Of a stretch of 56,357 nucleotides of DNA, positions 8,847-18,569 are shown one piece after another. The stretch is taken from positions 1-56,357 of IMG/VR virus record IMGVR_UViG_3300049982_000330, one strand, 5' to 3'. The notes under the pieces are model-generated. The model saw only the letters and a list, made by a program, of their open reading frames with translations, was not told the origin of the DNA and ran no database searches. Each line of letters opens with the position of its first letter. The stretch's first letter is position 1. Made by a program: the position numbers and the translations under genes. The stretch is from a virus. Lineage: Duplodnaviria; Caudoviricetes.

Positions 8847-11800
8847 GCCGTCTCCCGGTCGAGCTTGCGCAGGCCTTCGCGGATCTCCACGAGCATCTGC
8901 CGCGCCGCTACCCCCGGGTTGCGGAAGTCCAGGTCGGCGCCATTGACGGTGAGGTTCAGGTTCTCCACGCTGACCCCTCCCCCGCTACGGCTCCCACCGG
9001 AAGCCACCGTTGACGCCACGCCGGCGAACGCGGACACCGGCGCCGGGCCGCCGCCGGCACCCGCCAGTGACAGGGCGGGCTGCACGCTGATCGTCGCCAT
9101 GTCGGCCATCCGCTGGGCAGCGGCCGAGACAAGGCCCGCCGCGGAGTCGATGCCCATCGCCAGGCCGGCGGGGATGAACTTGCCGAGCGCGGCAAAGAGC
9201 TTGCTCGGCGACGCGATGCCCAGTGCGTCCTTGACCCACTGCGGCATGATCGAGCTGAAGAAGCTCACGATCTTGTCGCGGAACCAGTTCCACATCCCCT
9301 GGATCCCGTTCCACAGGCCAGAGATGATGTCCCGGCCCGCGTTGCCGAGCAGGCTGCCGAGGTTCCCGATCGCCGAAAGGATCATGCCGGGCAGCGTCTT
9401 CAGCCAGTTGATCAACTCGTAGAACTTCGCGATGGCCCAGTCCTTGGCCCGGCCGAACCAGTCGGCGATCATGCCAGGCAGGTTGGCGAACCAGGAGATC
9501 GCGTCTCCGATCCACTTCACGCCGTCCTTAAACCACTTCGTCATCCCGTTGATCAGGTCCGGGATGATGCTGTGGCCGATCAAGGTGTCGAAGAGCCATT
9601 GGAAGATCCCGACCACCAGGTTGATGCACCAGGTGACCTTGTCGACCAGCCAGGCGAAGACCGGGATCAGCTGGCCCAGGATCGAGCCCGCTAGCTTGAT
9701 CACCCAGGTGATCAGCGGCGCGATCCAGGCGATCACCCCGGCTAGCAGCGGCAATAGCGGCGCTATCGCCGTGACCAGCTGGGCGACCGCCGACACCAGC
9801 TCGATGGCGACCGGCGCCAACGCCTTGATCAGCTCGACGGCGACCGGCAGAAGTGCGACCACCAGCTGAGCCAGCGCCGGCAGGATCGGCGACAGGGCGG
9901 GCAGCAGCTGCAGGAAGGCCCCGACGAGCTGCAACAGCGACGGCGCGATCTGAATCAGCGCGTCAAGGAGTGCCTGACCGACCATCTGCGCCATCTGTGA
10001 GATCACCGGCAGCAGCGGGGTGATGGCCTGAACGAGCAGCCCAAGGGCTGAGACGAAGAACTGGCCGATCGTCCCGGCGATCTGCGCGATGATCGGGATC
10101 AGCGGGGTGATGGCCGGGACCAGCCCGGACACCAGTTGGGTGATCAGTGCGGCGATCTGCGGGAGCAACGGTGCGAGCGCCGGAACCAGGGCGTTGATCA
10201 ACGTCGCGGCCAAGCCGAAGATCAGCGGCACGATCGGCGACAACGCGACCACGGCCTGCGCAAACGCCCCGACGAGCAGCTGAATCGACGGCAGAATCGC
10301 GATGATCCCCGACGCCAGGCTCGTGGCGATCAGCAGCACCAGCTGGCCGAGCACCGGCAGCAGCGGGGCGAACGCGGGCACCAGCTGGCCGATGACCGTT
10401 GCCGCCAGCCCGATGATCAGCGGGATGATCGGGGCGAGGGCGGTCAGCATCGAGGCGAACCCGCCGACGAGGACCTGAATCGGGCCCAACATCGCCTGCA
10501 TCCCGGCGGCCAGGCTGGAGGCGATCAGCGTGGCCAGCTGGGAGATCACGGGCAGCAGCGGGGACAGGGACTGCAGGATCTCGCCGAAGACGCGGACCAT
10601 CAGCTGGATCGACGGCAGCATCGCCTGTACGCCTGCAGCAAGCGTGGTGGCGATCAAGGCCGCGAGCTGGCCGACCACCGGTAGCAGAGGCGCGATGGCT
10701 GCGAGGATCCCGCCGAGCGCTGCTCCGATCGGGGCGAGCGCCGGCGCGAGCGACGCGAAACCCGTAGCCACCGCGCCGATGAACGCCTGCAAGCCGGGCA
10801 GGATCGCTGCGATGGCGGGACCGATGGCGGCGATCAGGGGCTGCACGGACGCGAAAGCGGCGCCGATGGCCTGACCGAGGGGAAGCATCGCGGGCGCCAG
10901 GGCGGCGACCGCCTGGCCGATGCCGGCGAACACCGCGATCATCCCCGGGCCGATCGCCGCGACGGCGGGACCGAGCGCGGTGATCGCCGTGGCGAGCACC
11001 GGGCCGACCATTTGAGCCAGCTGTGCGATGACGGGGGCGAGCTGGGCGATGACGCCCACAACGGCGGTGATCACCGGCAGGAACGATTTGGCGATGGCGC
11101 TCAGCGCGGTGAACACCGCGACCAGCGTTGACTGGCCCTGCGCTGATTTGAGGAACTGGTTCATCCCGTCGAGCAGCTGGCCGATGACGCCGAGTGCGCT
11201 CGCGCCAGAGGCCTGCATGGCGGTGAAGACCGACCGCACGATGCCGCCGACGTCGCCGACGATCGAGCCGAGCTGCTTGAAGACCAGCAGGGCGTTGTCC
11301 ATCCATTGCAACGCCTGACCGCTCGCCGCGGCGTTGTACATGAACAGGCCGAACCGCTGCGCCACGGCGGCGATCCCGGGCGCCAGGGCGGCCAGCCATC
11401 CGGCGCCGACCACACCGAGGTCTCTGAAGCCGTTGAGCAGGGGCGTCAGGGCGGGGATGAAGGCGGTCACCGCGTCATGCAGCGAGGTGAACACGCTGCG
11501 GATGGCCCAGATCGACTCCGATGACCGGGCGAATTCGAGGACCTTCAGCGCGGCCTGGCCGAACTGCCCGGCCACGCTCTCCACCCCGTCGGTCAGAGCG
11601 TTGAGGACGGGCAGCAACGACCACATCTGCCCGACCAGCGGCCCGAACAGGGCATCCTGAGCGGCGAACTTGAGGCCCTGGAAAGCGGGCGCCAGCTGGA
11701 AGAGCTCGTACGCCACCTGGCCGGCGGATGCGCCCAGCCCGGAGGCGGCCGTCATGAACTTGTCAAAATCGCCGGAGATGGCAGCCGCGAAAGCGTCCCC

Positions 11801-12238
11801 GACGCCCGAAAGCGCGAGCTTCAGGGTGCCCAGCGCCGCAGCGCCGAGCAGTATCCCTCCCGGCAGGGCGGCGAGAATGCCGACGGCGGGCGCCAGCGCG
11901 GACACCAGGCCGATCGCACCTGAGCTGGCCGTGGCCATCGCCGCGCTCAAGATCGCCATCTGCGCCGCGGCTGTGATCAGCTGAACGCCCGCGCTGGCCA
12001 GGCTGCCGATGAACGAGGCGATAAGACCCGTCACCCGGGAGGCCGCCTGGCCGAGCCCGTCGAGTCGCGGGCTCAGCGTGCTGAACACGCTGAACGTGTT
12101 CGACATGCTGCTGAGCTTGCGTTCGGTGTTATCGGCCTCGTCGGCGACTTTCCGCAGGTTCCGCTGAACCTTGTTGACGCCGTCGTCGGTGTCAGCGATC
12201 ACTCCCAGGCGGATCAGCAGGTTCTTGAACGTCGCCAA
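8843..12238 (-). CDS. Tape measure protein (helper, 1131 aa)
   Basis: Long Ala/Leu/Pro amphipathic repeats, C-terminal LGIASPSK motif, follows the chaperone pair. Confidence 0.95.
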   Translation of the reverse strand: MATFKNLLIRLGVIADTDDGVNKVQRNLRKVADEADNTERKLSSMSNTFSVFSTLSPRLDGLGQAASRVTGLIASFIGSLASAGVQLITAAAQMAILSAAMATASSGAIGLVSALAPAVGILAALPGGILLGAAALGTLKLALSGVGDAFAAAISGDFDKFMTAASGLGASAGQVAYELFQLAPAFQGLKFAAQDALFGPLVGQMWSLLPVLNALTDGVESVAGQFGQAALKVLEFARSSESIWAIRSVFTSLHDAVTAFIPALTPLLNGFRDLGVVGAGWLAALAPGIAAVAQRFGLFMYNAAASGQALQWMDNALLVFKQLGSIVGDVGGIVRSVFTAMQASGASALGVIGQLLDGMNQFLKSAQGQSTLVAVFTALSAIAKSFLPVITAVVGVIAQLAPVIAQLAQMVGPVLATAITALGPAVAAIGPGMIAVFAGIGQAVAALAPAMLPLGQAIGAAFASVQPLIAAIGPAIAAILPGLQAFIGAVATGFASLAPALAPIGAALGGILAAIAPLLPVVGQLAALIATTLAAGVQAMLPSIQLMVRVFGEILQSLSPLLPVISQLATLIASSLAAGMQAMLGPIQVLVGGFASMLTALAPIIPLIIGLAATVIGQLVPAFAPLLPVLGQLVLLIATSLASGIIAILPSIQLLVGAFAQAVVALSPIVPLIFGLAATLINALVPALAPLLPQIAALITQLVSGLVPAITPLIPIIAQIAGTIGQFFVSALGLLVQAITPLLPVISQMAQMVGQALLDALIQIAPSLLQLVGAFLQLLPALSPILPALAQLVVALLPVAVELIKALAPVAIELVSAVAQLVTAIAPLLPLLAGVIAWIAPLITWVIKLAGSILGQLIPVFAWLVDKVTWCINLVVGIFQWLFDTLIGHSIIPDLINGMTKWFKDGVKWIGDAISWFANLPGMIADWFGRAKDWAIAKFYELINWLKTLPGMILSAIGNLGSLLGNAGRDIISGLWNGIQGMWNWFRDKIVSFFSSIMPQWVKDALGIASPSKLFAALGKFIPAGLAMGIDSAAGLVSAAAQRMADMATISVQPALSLAGAGGGPAPVSAFAGVASTVASGGSRSGGGVSVENLNLTVNGADLDFRNPGVAARQMLVEIREGLRKLDRETA

Positions 12239-12518
12239 GACCGACCTCCTCCGCCGTGGTCCCCCAGCGGGGGAGGAAGTCGTTCAGGGTGAGCTTGCGA
12301 TCCTTGGAGTCGGTCAGGGCCGAGACGACGCGGTAGGAGATCAGCGCGGCCAGGACGTCGTAACGGTGTTCACCGATCGGCCCGGCGACCTGCTCGTAGG
12401 CCATCCACTCGGTGAGCTCGCGGGAGCTGATGCGCGTCAGGAGTTCGGCGACGGTGCAGCCGAGGTGCCCGGCGAGGCGGAAGTAGAACTGTCGCTCTGG
12501 CCGGGCTCGGAATTTCCC
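12192..12518 (-). CDS. Frameshift extension of the tail assembly chaperone (GT-like)
   Basis: The -1 frame after G GGA AAT reads FRARPERQFYFRLAGHLGCTVAELLTRISSRELTEWMAYE... Confidence 0.85.
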   Translation of the reverse strand, partial: GKFRARPERQFYFRLAGHLGCTVAELLTRISSRELTEWMAYEQVAGPIGEHRYDVLAALISYRVVSALTDSKDRKLTLNDFLPRWGTTAEEVGLGDVQEPADPPGSDR

Positions 12519-12871
12519 GTGATCTCGTCGATGTCCTGGTCGGTCATGCCGGACAGGCGCTGAGCGACCGCGACGAGCCTCTCCAGCGCCGCCGCGGACT
12601 TGGTGCCGAGCTTCAGCACGTCACCTGCGGTGAACATCGGCGAGAAGTCCTCATTGATCGCGCACGCCGCGACCAGGCGGGCCCGCGCGTTCCGCAGGTT
12701 GACCTCGCGGCCTCCGCGCTTGCCCTTCTTCAGCGACGCCTCCTCGAAGGCATCCCGCTCGTCGCCCGCCAGGCCGCGGATGCGGACCTCGCCACCCCAC
12801 TCGGGGACGGGCACGTCCTCGAAGGTGATGTCGGAGGCCTGCCAGATCTGTTCCTTGCTGAGTAGTGCCAT
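12437..12871 (-). CDS. Tail assembly chaperone (G-like)
   Basis: VPVPEWGGEVRIRGL motif; lies between tail tube and TMP. Confidence 0.9.
   Translation of the reverse strand: MALLSKEQIWQASDITFEDVPVPEWGGEVRIRGLAGDERDAFEEASLKKGKRGGREVNLRNARARLVAACAINEDFSPMFTAGDVLKLGTKSAAALERLVAVAQRLSGMTDQDIDEITGNSEPGQSDSSTSASPGTSAAPSPNS
12512..12518 (-). other. -1 programmed ribosomal frameshift slippery site GGGAAAT
   Basis: XXXYYYZ heptamer correctly phased near the end of the chaperone ORF. Confidence 0.85.
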
Positions 12872-12889
12872 CGGTGGTGGGTGCTCCTA

Positions 12890-13378
12890 TCAGGCGGGGA
12901 TGACGCCGTCTTCGGCGGGCTCGCGGGTGATGGTGAACTGGACCCGCAGGCGGGTCGCATCGTCGTCGCCGACGTTGGCGAGCTTGGTGGCCGACTTGAC
13001 GCGGATCGGGTATGCGTCGTACTTGCGACCAGCGATGTCACCGCCGAGCATGCGGACGATGAAGCCGCCGGTACCGCGCGGGAACATCGCGCGGACGTCC
13101 ACGCCGGAGGGGTCGAGGTAGAAGACGATGGCCGAGTCGTCCGCGGTGGTCTTGCCGGGGATCTTGCCGACGAACTCCGAGTCGCCGTCGGGCGTCTCGA
13201 TGTCCTCACCGGAGGTGGCCCAGCCCTCGGTGGAGTTGATCTCTCGGGTCAGATCGGTCCCGGCGTTGATCTCCGGGCGCGTGATGGCGCCGGGGTTCGC
13301 CACGGTCGGGCAGTAAAGCCACCGGGCGACACCGGTCGGCCAGTAACGGTCGACCTGCGTGATCTGGGTCGCGGTCAT
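12890..13378 (-). CDS. Major tail (tube) protein
   Basis: ITRPEINAGTDLT...GW...IETPD...KIPG motif of actinophage tail tubes; position. Confidence 0.85.
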   Translation of the reverse strand: MTATQITQVDRYWPTGVARWLYCPTVANPGAITRPEINAGTDLTREINSTEGWATSGEDIETPDGDSEFVGKIPGKTTADDSAIVFYLDPSGVDVRAMFPRGTGGFIVRMLGGDIAGRKYDAYPIRVKSATKLANVGDDDATRLRVQFTITREPAEDGVIPA

Positions 13379-13653
13379 TACTCATCCCCCTTGCTCGCGC
13401 GCCGAGCGCGCGGCGCCTTGTCGGTGTCCGGGTCCGGCAACGCAGAAGCCCCGGCGTCGGCCGGGGCTTCGTGGGTGGTGACCTGGTCTTTGGGTGGCGC
13501 GTCGCGAGGCGCGTCCTGCGGCGGATCCGGTGGTGCGTCGGCTTCGGCCAGTTGCCACCCGGCGCGCTGGTGAAGCTGAACCGACTGGACCGGCACACGC
13601 GCCGGCTGGCCGGGCAGCTTCGGGTGGGTCATCTCAACGAGTTGCAACTTCAT
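13378..13653 (-). CDS. Small phage protein with disordered tail
   Basis: MTHPKLPGQ...RAGWQ; coupled to the tail tube gene. Confidence 0.7.
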   Translation of the reverse strand: MKLQLVEMTHPKLPGQPARVPVQSVQLHQRAGWQLAEADAPPDPPQDAPRDAPPKDQVTTHEAPADAGASALPDPDTDKAPRARRASKGDE

Positions 13654-13661
13654 CCCCGCTC

Positions 13662-14162
13662 CTAGGAGGCCGCGCCGATGATGGCGATGTCGTAGGTGGC
13701 CGGGCTGGCTCCGGAGTTGACCATGTCGATCAGGTCACCGGTCGCGGGCGTCACGACGACACCTGCTGCGGACGGATCCATCCACAGGAACACCCCGCCG
13801 GGCTTCACCGCGATCGAAGTGCTGACGGCCGAGAACAGCGGCACGCCGTTGGTCGCCCCGCGGCTGATGCTGACGTTGGTGACGTTGACCAGGGGCGTGG
13901 CAACGATCAAACCCTTGATCCGGGCGAAGGTGATCGGTCCGCCGAGTGCCGAGGTGAGAGATCCCGCCAGGTCGATACTGTCGGTCGCCGACGGGCCGAC
14001 CGTGCGGGTGTCGGTCCAGATCAGGTTGGCCTGCCCTGCGCCCGCGCCGTCGGCGAAGTTGATCTGCCGTCCGATGCTCATGGGCGCCTCGACCGTGGTC
14101 AGGTCGAGAGCGCTGGTCAGCGAGGCCACCAGCTGCATAGTCAGCCGGGCATCAAGAGTCAT
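13662..14162 (-). CDS. Putative virion structural protein
   Basis: AAGGA RBS; beta-rich; within the morphogenesis operon. Confidence 0.7.
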   Translation of the reverse strand: MTLDARLTMQLVASLTSALDLTTVEAPMSIGRQINFADGAGAGQANLIWTDTRTVGPSATDSIDLAGSLTSALGGPITFARIKGLIVATPLVNVTNVSISRGATNGVPLFSAVSTSIAVKPGGVFLWMDPSAAGVVVTPATGDLIDMVNSGASPATYDIAIIGAAS

Positions 14163-14231
14163 GCTGTGTCCTTTCGATCACGTGATGACGACTGGCCCGG
14201 CGGAGAGGACGGGCTGCTCAGGTGCTGCCGG

Positions 14232-15419
14232 TCACCCGGCGGGGTATCTGGTGGGCTGGCCGGCGGACCAGACGCGGCGCGGCGGATAGGCGGGGCCGAG
14301 GTTGCGGAGAATCGTCGCGGCGAGCGTGTCGGCCGCTGCGGCGCCGTCTGTGAGGGTCTTGAAGCTGACCGGCGAGGCGACCAGGGCATCGGAAGCCGAC
14401 GCCGCCTCGGCGAGGCCGAGGCCCGCCACCGCCGCCAGGGCGTCGGCGGCCGTACCGGTCTGGGTGAGCGGTGTGGTGGCCTGTGCGGCGAGCACGTCGA
14501 CCGCTGAGGCGGTGTCGGTGGGCGTCTTCTGTACGCCCACGCTGATCGACTCGACCGCGCTCGCGCTGTCGGCCAGGGCGATGCTGGCGGTGACGACGAG
14601 GCTCTGCGCCGCCGATCCCGCGTCGGCCCCTGGGGCCGTGGCGGCCACCGTGACCGTGTCGCCGCCCGAGGCCGCCTGTGCCAGTGGCACGCTGCCCGCC
14701 ACGGCGAGCGCCTCGGAGGCGGCTCCGGTGTCGTTGAGCTGGATGACGATAGGCGGCGCGGGGGGCAGGATGATGCGGCGGGGACCCCAGCTGATGCCGG
14801 GGCCGTCCTCCTTCGCCGTACCGGCGCCGCCCGACAGGGTGAACCCGCCACCGGAGTAGTCGACGGTCTCGGGCGTCAGGAGCGGGTGCCAGGCACGCAG
14901 GTTGGTTGTGCGGCGCGGCAGGTAGCTCCACGCCTCGTTTTCCAGCTCAGCCTGTGTAAGCGTCGCCGTCCAGAATTTGACGGCGGCGACGGATCCGTTG
15001 AGCCACCGAGCGGCATAGACCGGTTTTCCGATCCGCCAGTTGGTCGCAGTCACGGTGGCGGCGCCGAAGGCCCACGTGGTGACCGTGGAACTGGTGTCCC
15101 CCAACGCGCGGGTGATCATGGTTCCGTTGGCGCCGTTGACGCTGACCCCCGCGTAGTACCAGGTCCCCACCGTCAAGGCTCGGCTGCCGAACACCGACGC
15201 GCTGGACTCGATGAACTGCAAGGTGGTGCCGTCGGTGTCCGTGGCCAGGTAGGCGTTGTCGAAGCCGCCGGAGTTTCCGTCGTCCAGGGACCAGATGCCG
15301 CTCGTGTCGTTCTGGTCGACGGCTATTTTCAGCCAGCAGGTCACGGAGAACGAGCTGATGGCGCCGAGGCTGGCGGTCCTGGTGTACTCCTGGCCCGAGG
15401 CGTTGAACCGGACCGCCAC
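14232..15419 (-). CDS. LamG/ConA-like lectin-fold protein with Ala-rich repeat stalk (paralog 1)
   Basis: FSVTCWLK, GTWYYAGV and WLNGSVAAVKFW motifs; about 19-aa repeats. Confidence 0.8.
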   Translation of the reverse strand: MAVRFNASGQEYTRTASLGAISSFSVTCWLKIAVDQNDTSGIWSLDDGNSGGFDNAYLATDTDGTTLQFIESSASVFGSRALTVGTWYYAGVSVNGANGTMITRALGDTSSTVTTWAFGAATVTATNWRIGKPVYAARWLNGSVAAVKFWTATLTQAELENEAWSYLPRRTTNLRAWHPLLTPETVDYSGGGFTLSGGAGTAKEDGPGISWGPRRIILPPAPPIVIQLNDTGAASEALAVAGSVPLAQAASGGDTVTVAATAPGADAGSAAQSLVVTASIALADSASAVESISVGVQKTPTDTASAVDVLAAQATTPLTQTGTAADALAAVAGLGLAEAASASDALVASPVSFKTLTDGAAAADTLAATILRNLGPAYPPRRVWSAGQPTRYPAG

Positions 15420-15433
15420 GGCCTACCCCCCGA

Positions 15434-15946
15434 TCAGCTGTCGCTGTAGCTGAGCCGGACCGAGGTGAGGATCGCGTCGATGGCCGTCATGGTGTCCCCG
15501 GCGTCGGCAGGCAGGCGGGAGATCCGCAGCCAGCACTCGTCCCCGACCGCGACCGAGTCGAGGCTGGCGCCTGACAGGGTGATCGTCGCCAGGTGGAGAC
15601 GCTGAGCGGTCGTGCCGAGGTGGCTGTCGGCGACCTGGGCGGCGGTGGCGAGGGCTTTGGTTTCGATGTCGGTGGTGTCGGTGTTCGGGGTGATCGCGGC
15701 CAGCGCCGCCTCCCACACCACGGCGCCGGTCGTCCCCGAGTCGGCATACCAGAGCACGTCGACGGTGATCGACCCGGAGCCGTACAGCGCGGGGTTGAAC
15801 TTCCAGTACGCGCGCTCAGCCGTCGTGCCGTCGAATGCCAGGCCGGTCACCGGATAGTTCGTCCCTTGGTTGCGGACGAACTGCGGGAACGCCGACGCCA
15901 GATAGGCGGCTTCCTCCGGAGCGAGGTACAGCGGGATGGTTGCCAT
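15434..15946 (-). CDS. Putative virion structural protein
   Basis: Start ATG 15946 overlaps the upstream stop; beta-sandwich-like composition. Confidence 0.7.
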   Translation of the reverse strand: MATIPLYLAPEEAAYLASAFPQFVRNQGTNYPVTGLAFDGTTAERAYWKFNPALYGSGSITVDVLWYADSGTTGAVVWEAALAAITPNTDTTDIETKALATAAQVADSHLGTTAQRLHLATITLSGASLDSVAVGDECWLRISRLPADAGDTMTAIDAILTSVRLSYSDS

Positions 15947-16233
15947 CAGATGATCACCACAGGTCCGGCGCGCAGCACGGGTTCCTCCGCGACGGTGGTG
16001 ACCCGGACCCACATCTGGTAGGTGCCGTCGACTAGGACGGCCGTTGTCCCAGGGCCGATGAGGATCCGGGCGTCCGCTCCGGCGGGGGTGATGTTGTCCC
16101 ACGCCGCGGCCTTCCAGTCGGGCGCGGTGGGTTTGGCTGCCTGGATGAACGCAACTTCGACTGTCTCGCCACCGGTCGCGCCCTCCACCCACGAGTAGAC
16201 GTACTCCTTGCTGAGCGAGCTGATCTCCTCCAA
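15946..16233 (-). CDS. Small Ig-like phage protein
   Basis: GGAGG RBS before TTG 16233; DGTYQMWVRVT motif. Confidence 0.7.
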   Translation of the reverse strand: MEEISSLSKEYVYSWVEGATGGETVEVAFIQAAKPTAPDWKAAAWDNITPAGADARILIGPGTTAVLVDGTYQMWVRVTTVAEEPVLRAGPVVII

Positions 16234-16243
16234 CGCGGACCTC

Positions 16244-17515
16244 CTATCTCGTGCGGGGTGGACCGGCGGAGTAGCGGCGACGAGGCACGGCGGCCTCCCA
16301 CGCGCGGCCGGGGTCGCCCGCCGTCCAGGCGCGTGCCGGGCGAGCGGCGGTCCAGGCGCGGCGGGGCGGGTGGATGCGGCCGATGTCGCGTTGCAGCCGC
16401 GCGATGAAGGTGTCAGCCCCGTTGGCGGTGTCGGTGAGGGCCTTCGCCAGAAGCGGACCGCCCGTGATGGTGTCGGCGGCGCTGCCTGTCTGGGTGAAGG
16501 CCCCGGTGGCGGTGGCGGTGAGCGTGTCGGCTGCGGCGCCGGCCTGCGCGAGCGCTGGCCCCCCGGTGACCGACACCGTGTCCACTGAGGTCGCGGTGTC
16601 GGTGAGGGGCTTCGGCACACCCGCCGTCATCGACTCCGAGGCGGATCCGGTGTCGGTGACGGCCAGGCTCACCGTGGCGGTGAGCGCATCGGCGTTGCTC
16701 GCGGACTCGGCGAGCGGGACGGTCGTGGTGGCCACCAGCTGCTCGACGGCCGACCTTGCATCGGCAAGAGACGCCGCCGTCGAAACCGACAGGCTGTCGG
16801 CCGCCGCCGCGGACTCCGGCAGGCCGGCGAGGGTCAACGGCGCCGGCCGCCATAGGCGTCGACGGCCCAGTCCCCACGAGATACCTGGCCCGTCCTCGAC
16901 TGCCGTCCCCGCGCCCCCGGACAGGGTTTGCGCCTGACCGGAGTAGTCCACGGTCTCCGGCGTGAGGAAGGGGTACCAGGCGCGAAGGTTGGAAGTTCGC
17001 CGCGGGAGGTAGCTCCAGGCCTCGCCTTTCATCTCATCGGCGGTCAGCTCGGCGGTCCACACCTTGACGGCCGCCAAGGTGCCATTGAGCCATTCCCCGC
17101 CGCCATGCGATTGCCCGAGCATCAGGGATGACCCTGAGACGGTAATCGCATCGAACGTAGATGAGTCCTCAGAGAAACTGGATGCGGTGATCTGACGCGA
17201 CACGATCCTGAGGTCATTCGGTGGCCCGAAGGAAAGGCCGACAAAGACCCACTCCTGAAGCGAATAGGGTGCGACCCAGTTGTAAAAGTGGGTACCGCCC
17301 GACTCCGCCCAGGTGGTTATCAAGGAGTTCGCGTCAAACCGGAACTTCATCGAAACGTAATCGATGACTCCGCTGCCCACCGACCACAGCGCCGAATCGG
17401 CCCCTGACCCGGTTCCCTGCTTCCGCGCCCAGCACGTCACCGTGAACGCTGACGTAGTGCCCAGGCTCAGCGTCCGGCTGTAGCTCTGCCCGTTGGCGTT
17501 GAACCGGACCGCCAC
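16244..17515 (-). CDS. LamG/ConA-like lectin-fold protein with Ala-rich repeat stalk (paralog 2)
   Basis: Shares the MAVRFNA start and EAWSYLPRRT.NLRAW..LTPETVDYSG block with 14232-15419. Confidence 0.8.
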   Translation of the reverse strand: MAVRFNANGQSYSRTLSLGTTSAFTVTCWARKQGTGSGADSALWSVGSGVIDYVSMKFRFDANSLITTWAESGGTHFYNWVAPYSLQEWVFVGLSFGPPNDLRIVSRQITASSFSEDSSTFDAITVSGSSLMLGQSHGGGEWLNGTLAAVKVWTAELTADEMKGEAWSYLPRRTSNLRAWYPFLTPETVDYSGQAQTLSGGAGTAVEDGPGISWGLGRRRLWRPAPLTLAGLPESAAAADSLSVSTAASLADARSAVEQLVATTTVPLAESASNADALTATVSLAVTDTGSASESMTAGVPKPLTDTATSVDTVSVTGGPALAQAGAAADTLTATATGAFTQTGSAADTITGGPLLAKALTDTANGADTFIARLQRDIGRIHPPRRAWTAARPARAWTAGDPGRAWEAAVPRRRYSAGPPRTR

Positions 17516-17557
17516 CGCACCCCTCCTACGTGCTCAGGGCCGCGGAGCGCGAACGCC

Positions 17558-17998
17558 TCACCGGAACCCGGCCTTCCTGGCGGCCTCGTCCACCGTGGCG
17601 GACAGCTCGGCGTCGATCTTCTCGAAGTACGGCCGCGCGCCCTTCACCAGGAACGGGCGGGCCACCTGGGTGTACCAGTGCTTGCGGTTGCCGAACAGCG
17701 GATGGCGGAAGGTGCCCTCTTTGTCGTCGTTGTTGTACGGCCGGGCGTGCGGGGCCTTGTTCCGGTCCACGGTGATCGCGATGCCCGGGTTGCGCTTGGA
17801 CAAGCCGATCGACAAACGGGTCGCACGAGGAATCCGCGTCGACCAGATCGTCTGCAGCCGGACGTTGAACAACGCCGCCTGCCCGATCCCCTTCATCCGG
17901 GGCCGCAGATCCCGACGGACGTCCTTCGGCATCTTGCCGAGCTGCACGATGAACGCCCGCAGCTCCAGGGAGCCCTTCGGGCCCGTCGCGGCGGCCAT
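17558..17998 (-). CDS. Neck / tail-completion protein (HK97 gp10-like position)
   Basis: Basic protein with FRHPLFGNR..W..Q.ARPF motif; start ATG 17998. Confidence 0.75.
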   Translation of the reverse strand: MAAATGPKGSLELRAFIVQLGKMPKDVRRDLRPRMKGIGQAALFNVRLQTIWSTRIPRATRLSIGLSKRNPGIAITVDRNKAPHARPYNNDDKEGTFRHPLFGNRKHWYTQVARPFLVKGARPYFEKIDAELSATVDEAARKAGFR

Positions 17999-18459
17999 CA
18001 GCGGCCCGTGAACGCGTCCACGGCGACGACGAACCGGACGACCGCCACCGCGCCGTCCTCGGTCTGCGCCTGGGCCAGCGAGTCGGTCGACACCCGGGTG
18101 CGCATCACCGCGCCGCCCAAGGTCGGGTCCACGGCGAGCTCGGCGGCCAGCGCGTTCACGAACCCGTAGGCCGCCTCCCGCACCACCTCGGGGTCGACCT
18201 CGCGCCCCTTCCACGACGACGCCAGGCACGTCACGGCGTACGACTCGCGGTCAGGGTCCACGGTGCCCTGCTGCTGGGAGCGCGTCGACTCGACGGCGAC
18301 CTCGCTGGCGTCGCCGGTGAACCCGATGCAGATGATGTCGTCGGCGTCCTGGTGCATAGCGGGCTGCCCGTCGACCACCAAGGCGCCGGGGTTGGCCCGC
18401 GTCGCCGCGGCCACCAGAGCCTTCAGGCAGGCCGGGATCGTGGAGACGGTGCGTGGCAT
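17998..18459 (-). CDS. Tail terminator-like / head-tail joining protein
   Basis: Acidic, DPTLGGAV motif, position. Confidence 0.7.
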   Translation of the reverse strand: MPRTVSTIPACLKALVAAATRANPGALVVDGQPAMHQDADDIICIGFTGDASEVAVESTRSQQQGTVDPDRESYAVTCLASSWKGREVDPEVVREAAYGFVNALAAELAVDPTLGGAVMRTRVSTDSLAQAQTEDGAVAVVRFVVAVDAFTGR

Positions 18460-18485
18460 GGCCTACTTCCCGTTCGTCGTTTCGA

Positions 18486-18531
18486 GGTCAGGTTCGACCT
18501 GACCCGGCACACGGTCAGGTCGAACCTGACC
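18486..18531. repeat. Nested inverted repeat (19-8-19)
   Basis: GGTCAGGTTCGACCTGACC-N8-GGTCAGGTCGAACCTGACC; each arm is itself an 8-3-8 palindrome. Confidence 0.9.
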
Positions 18532-18569
18532 CTGGAATCGCGAACTCCGGCGGTCCGGCCGACCGGGCC

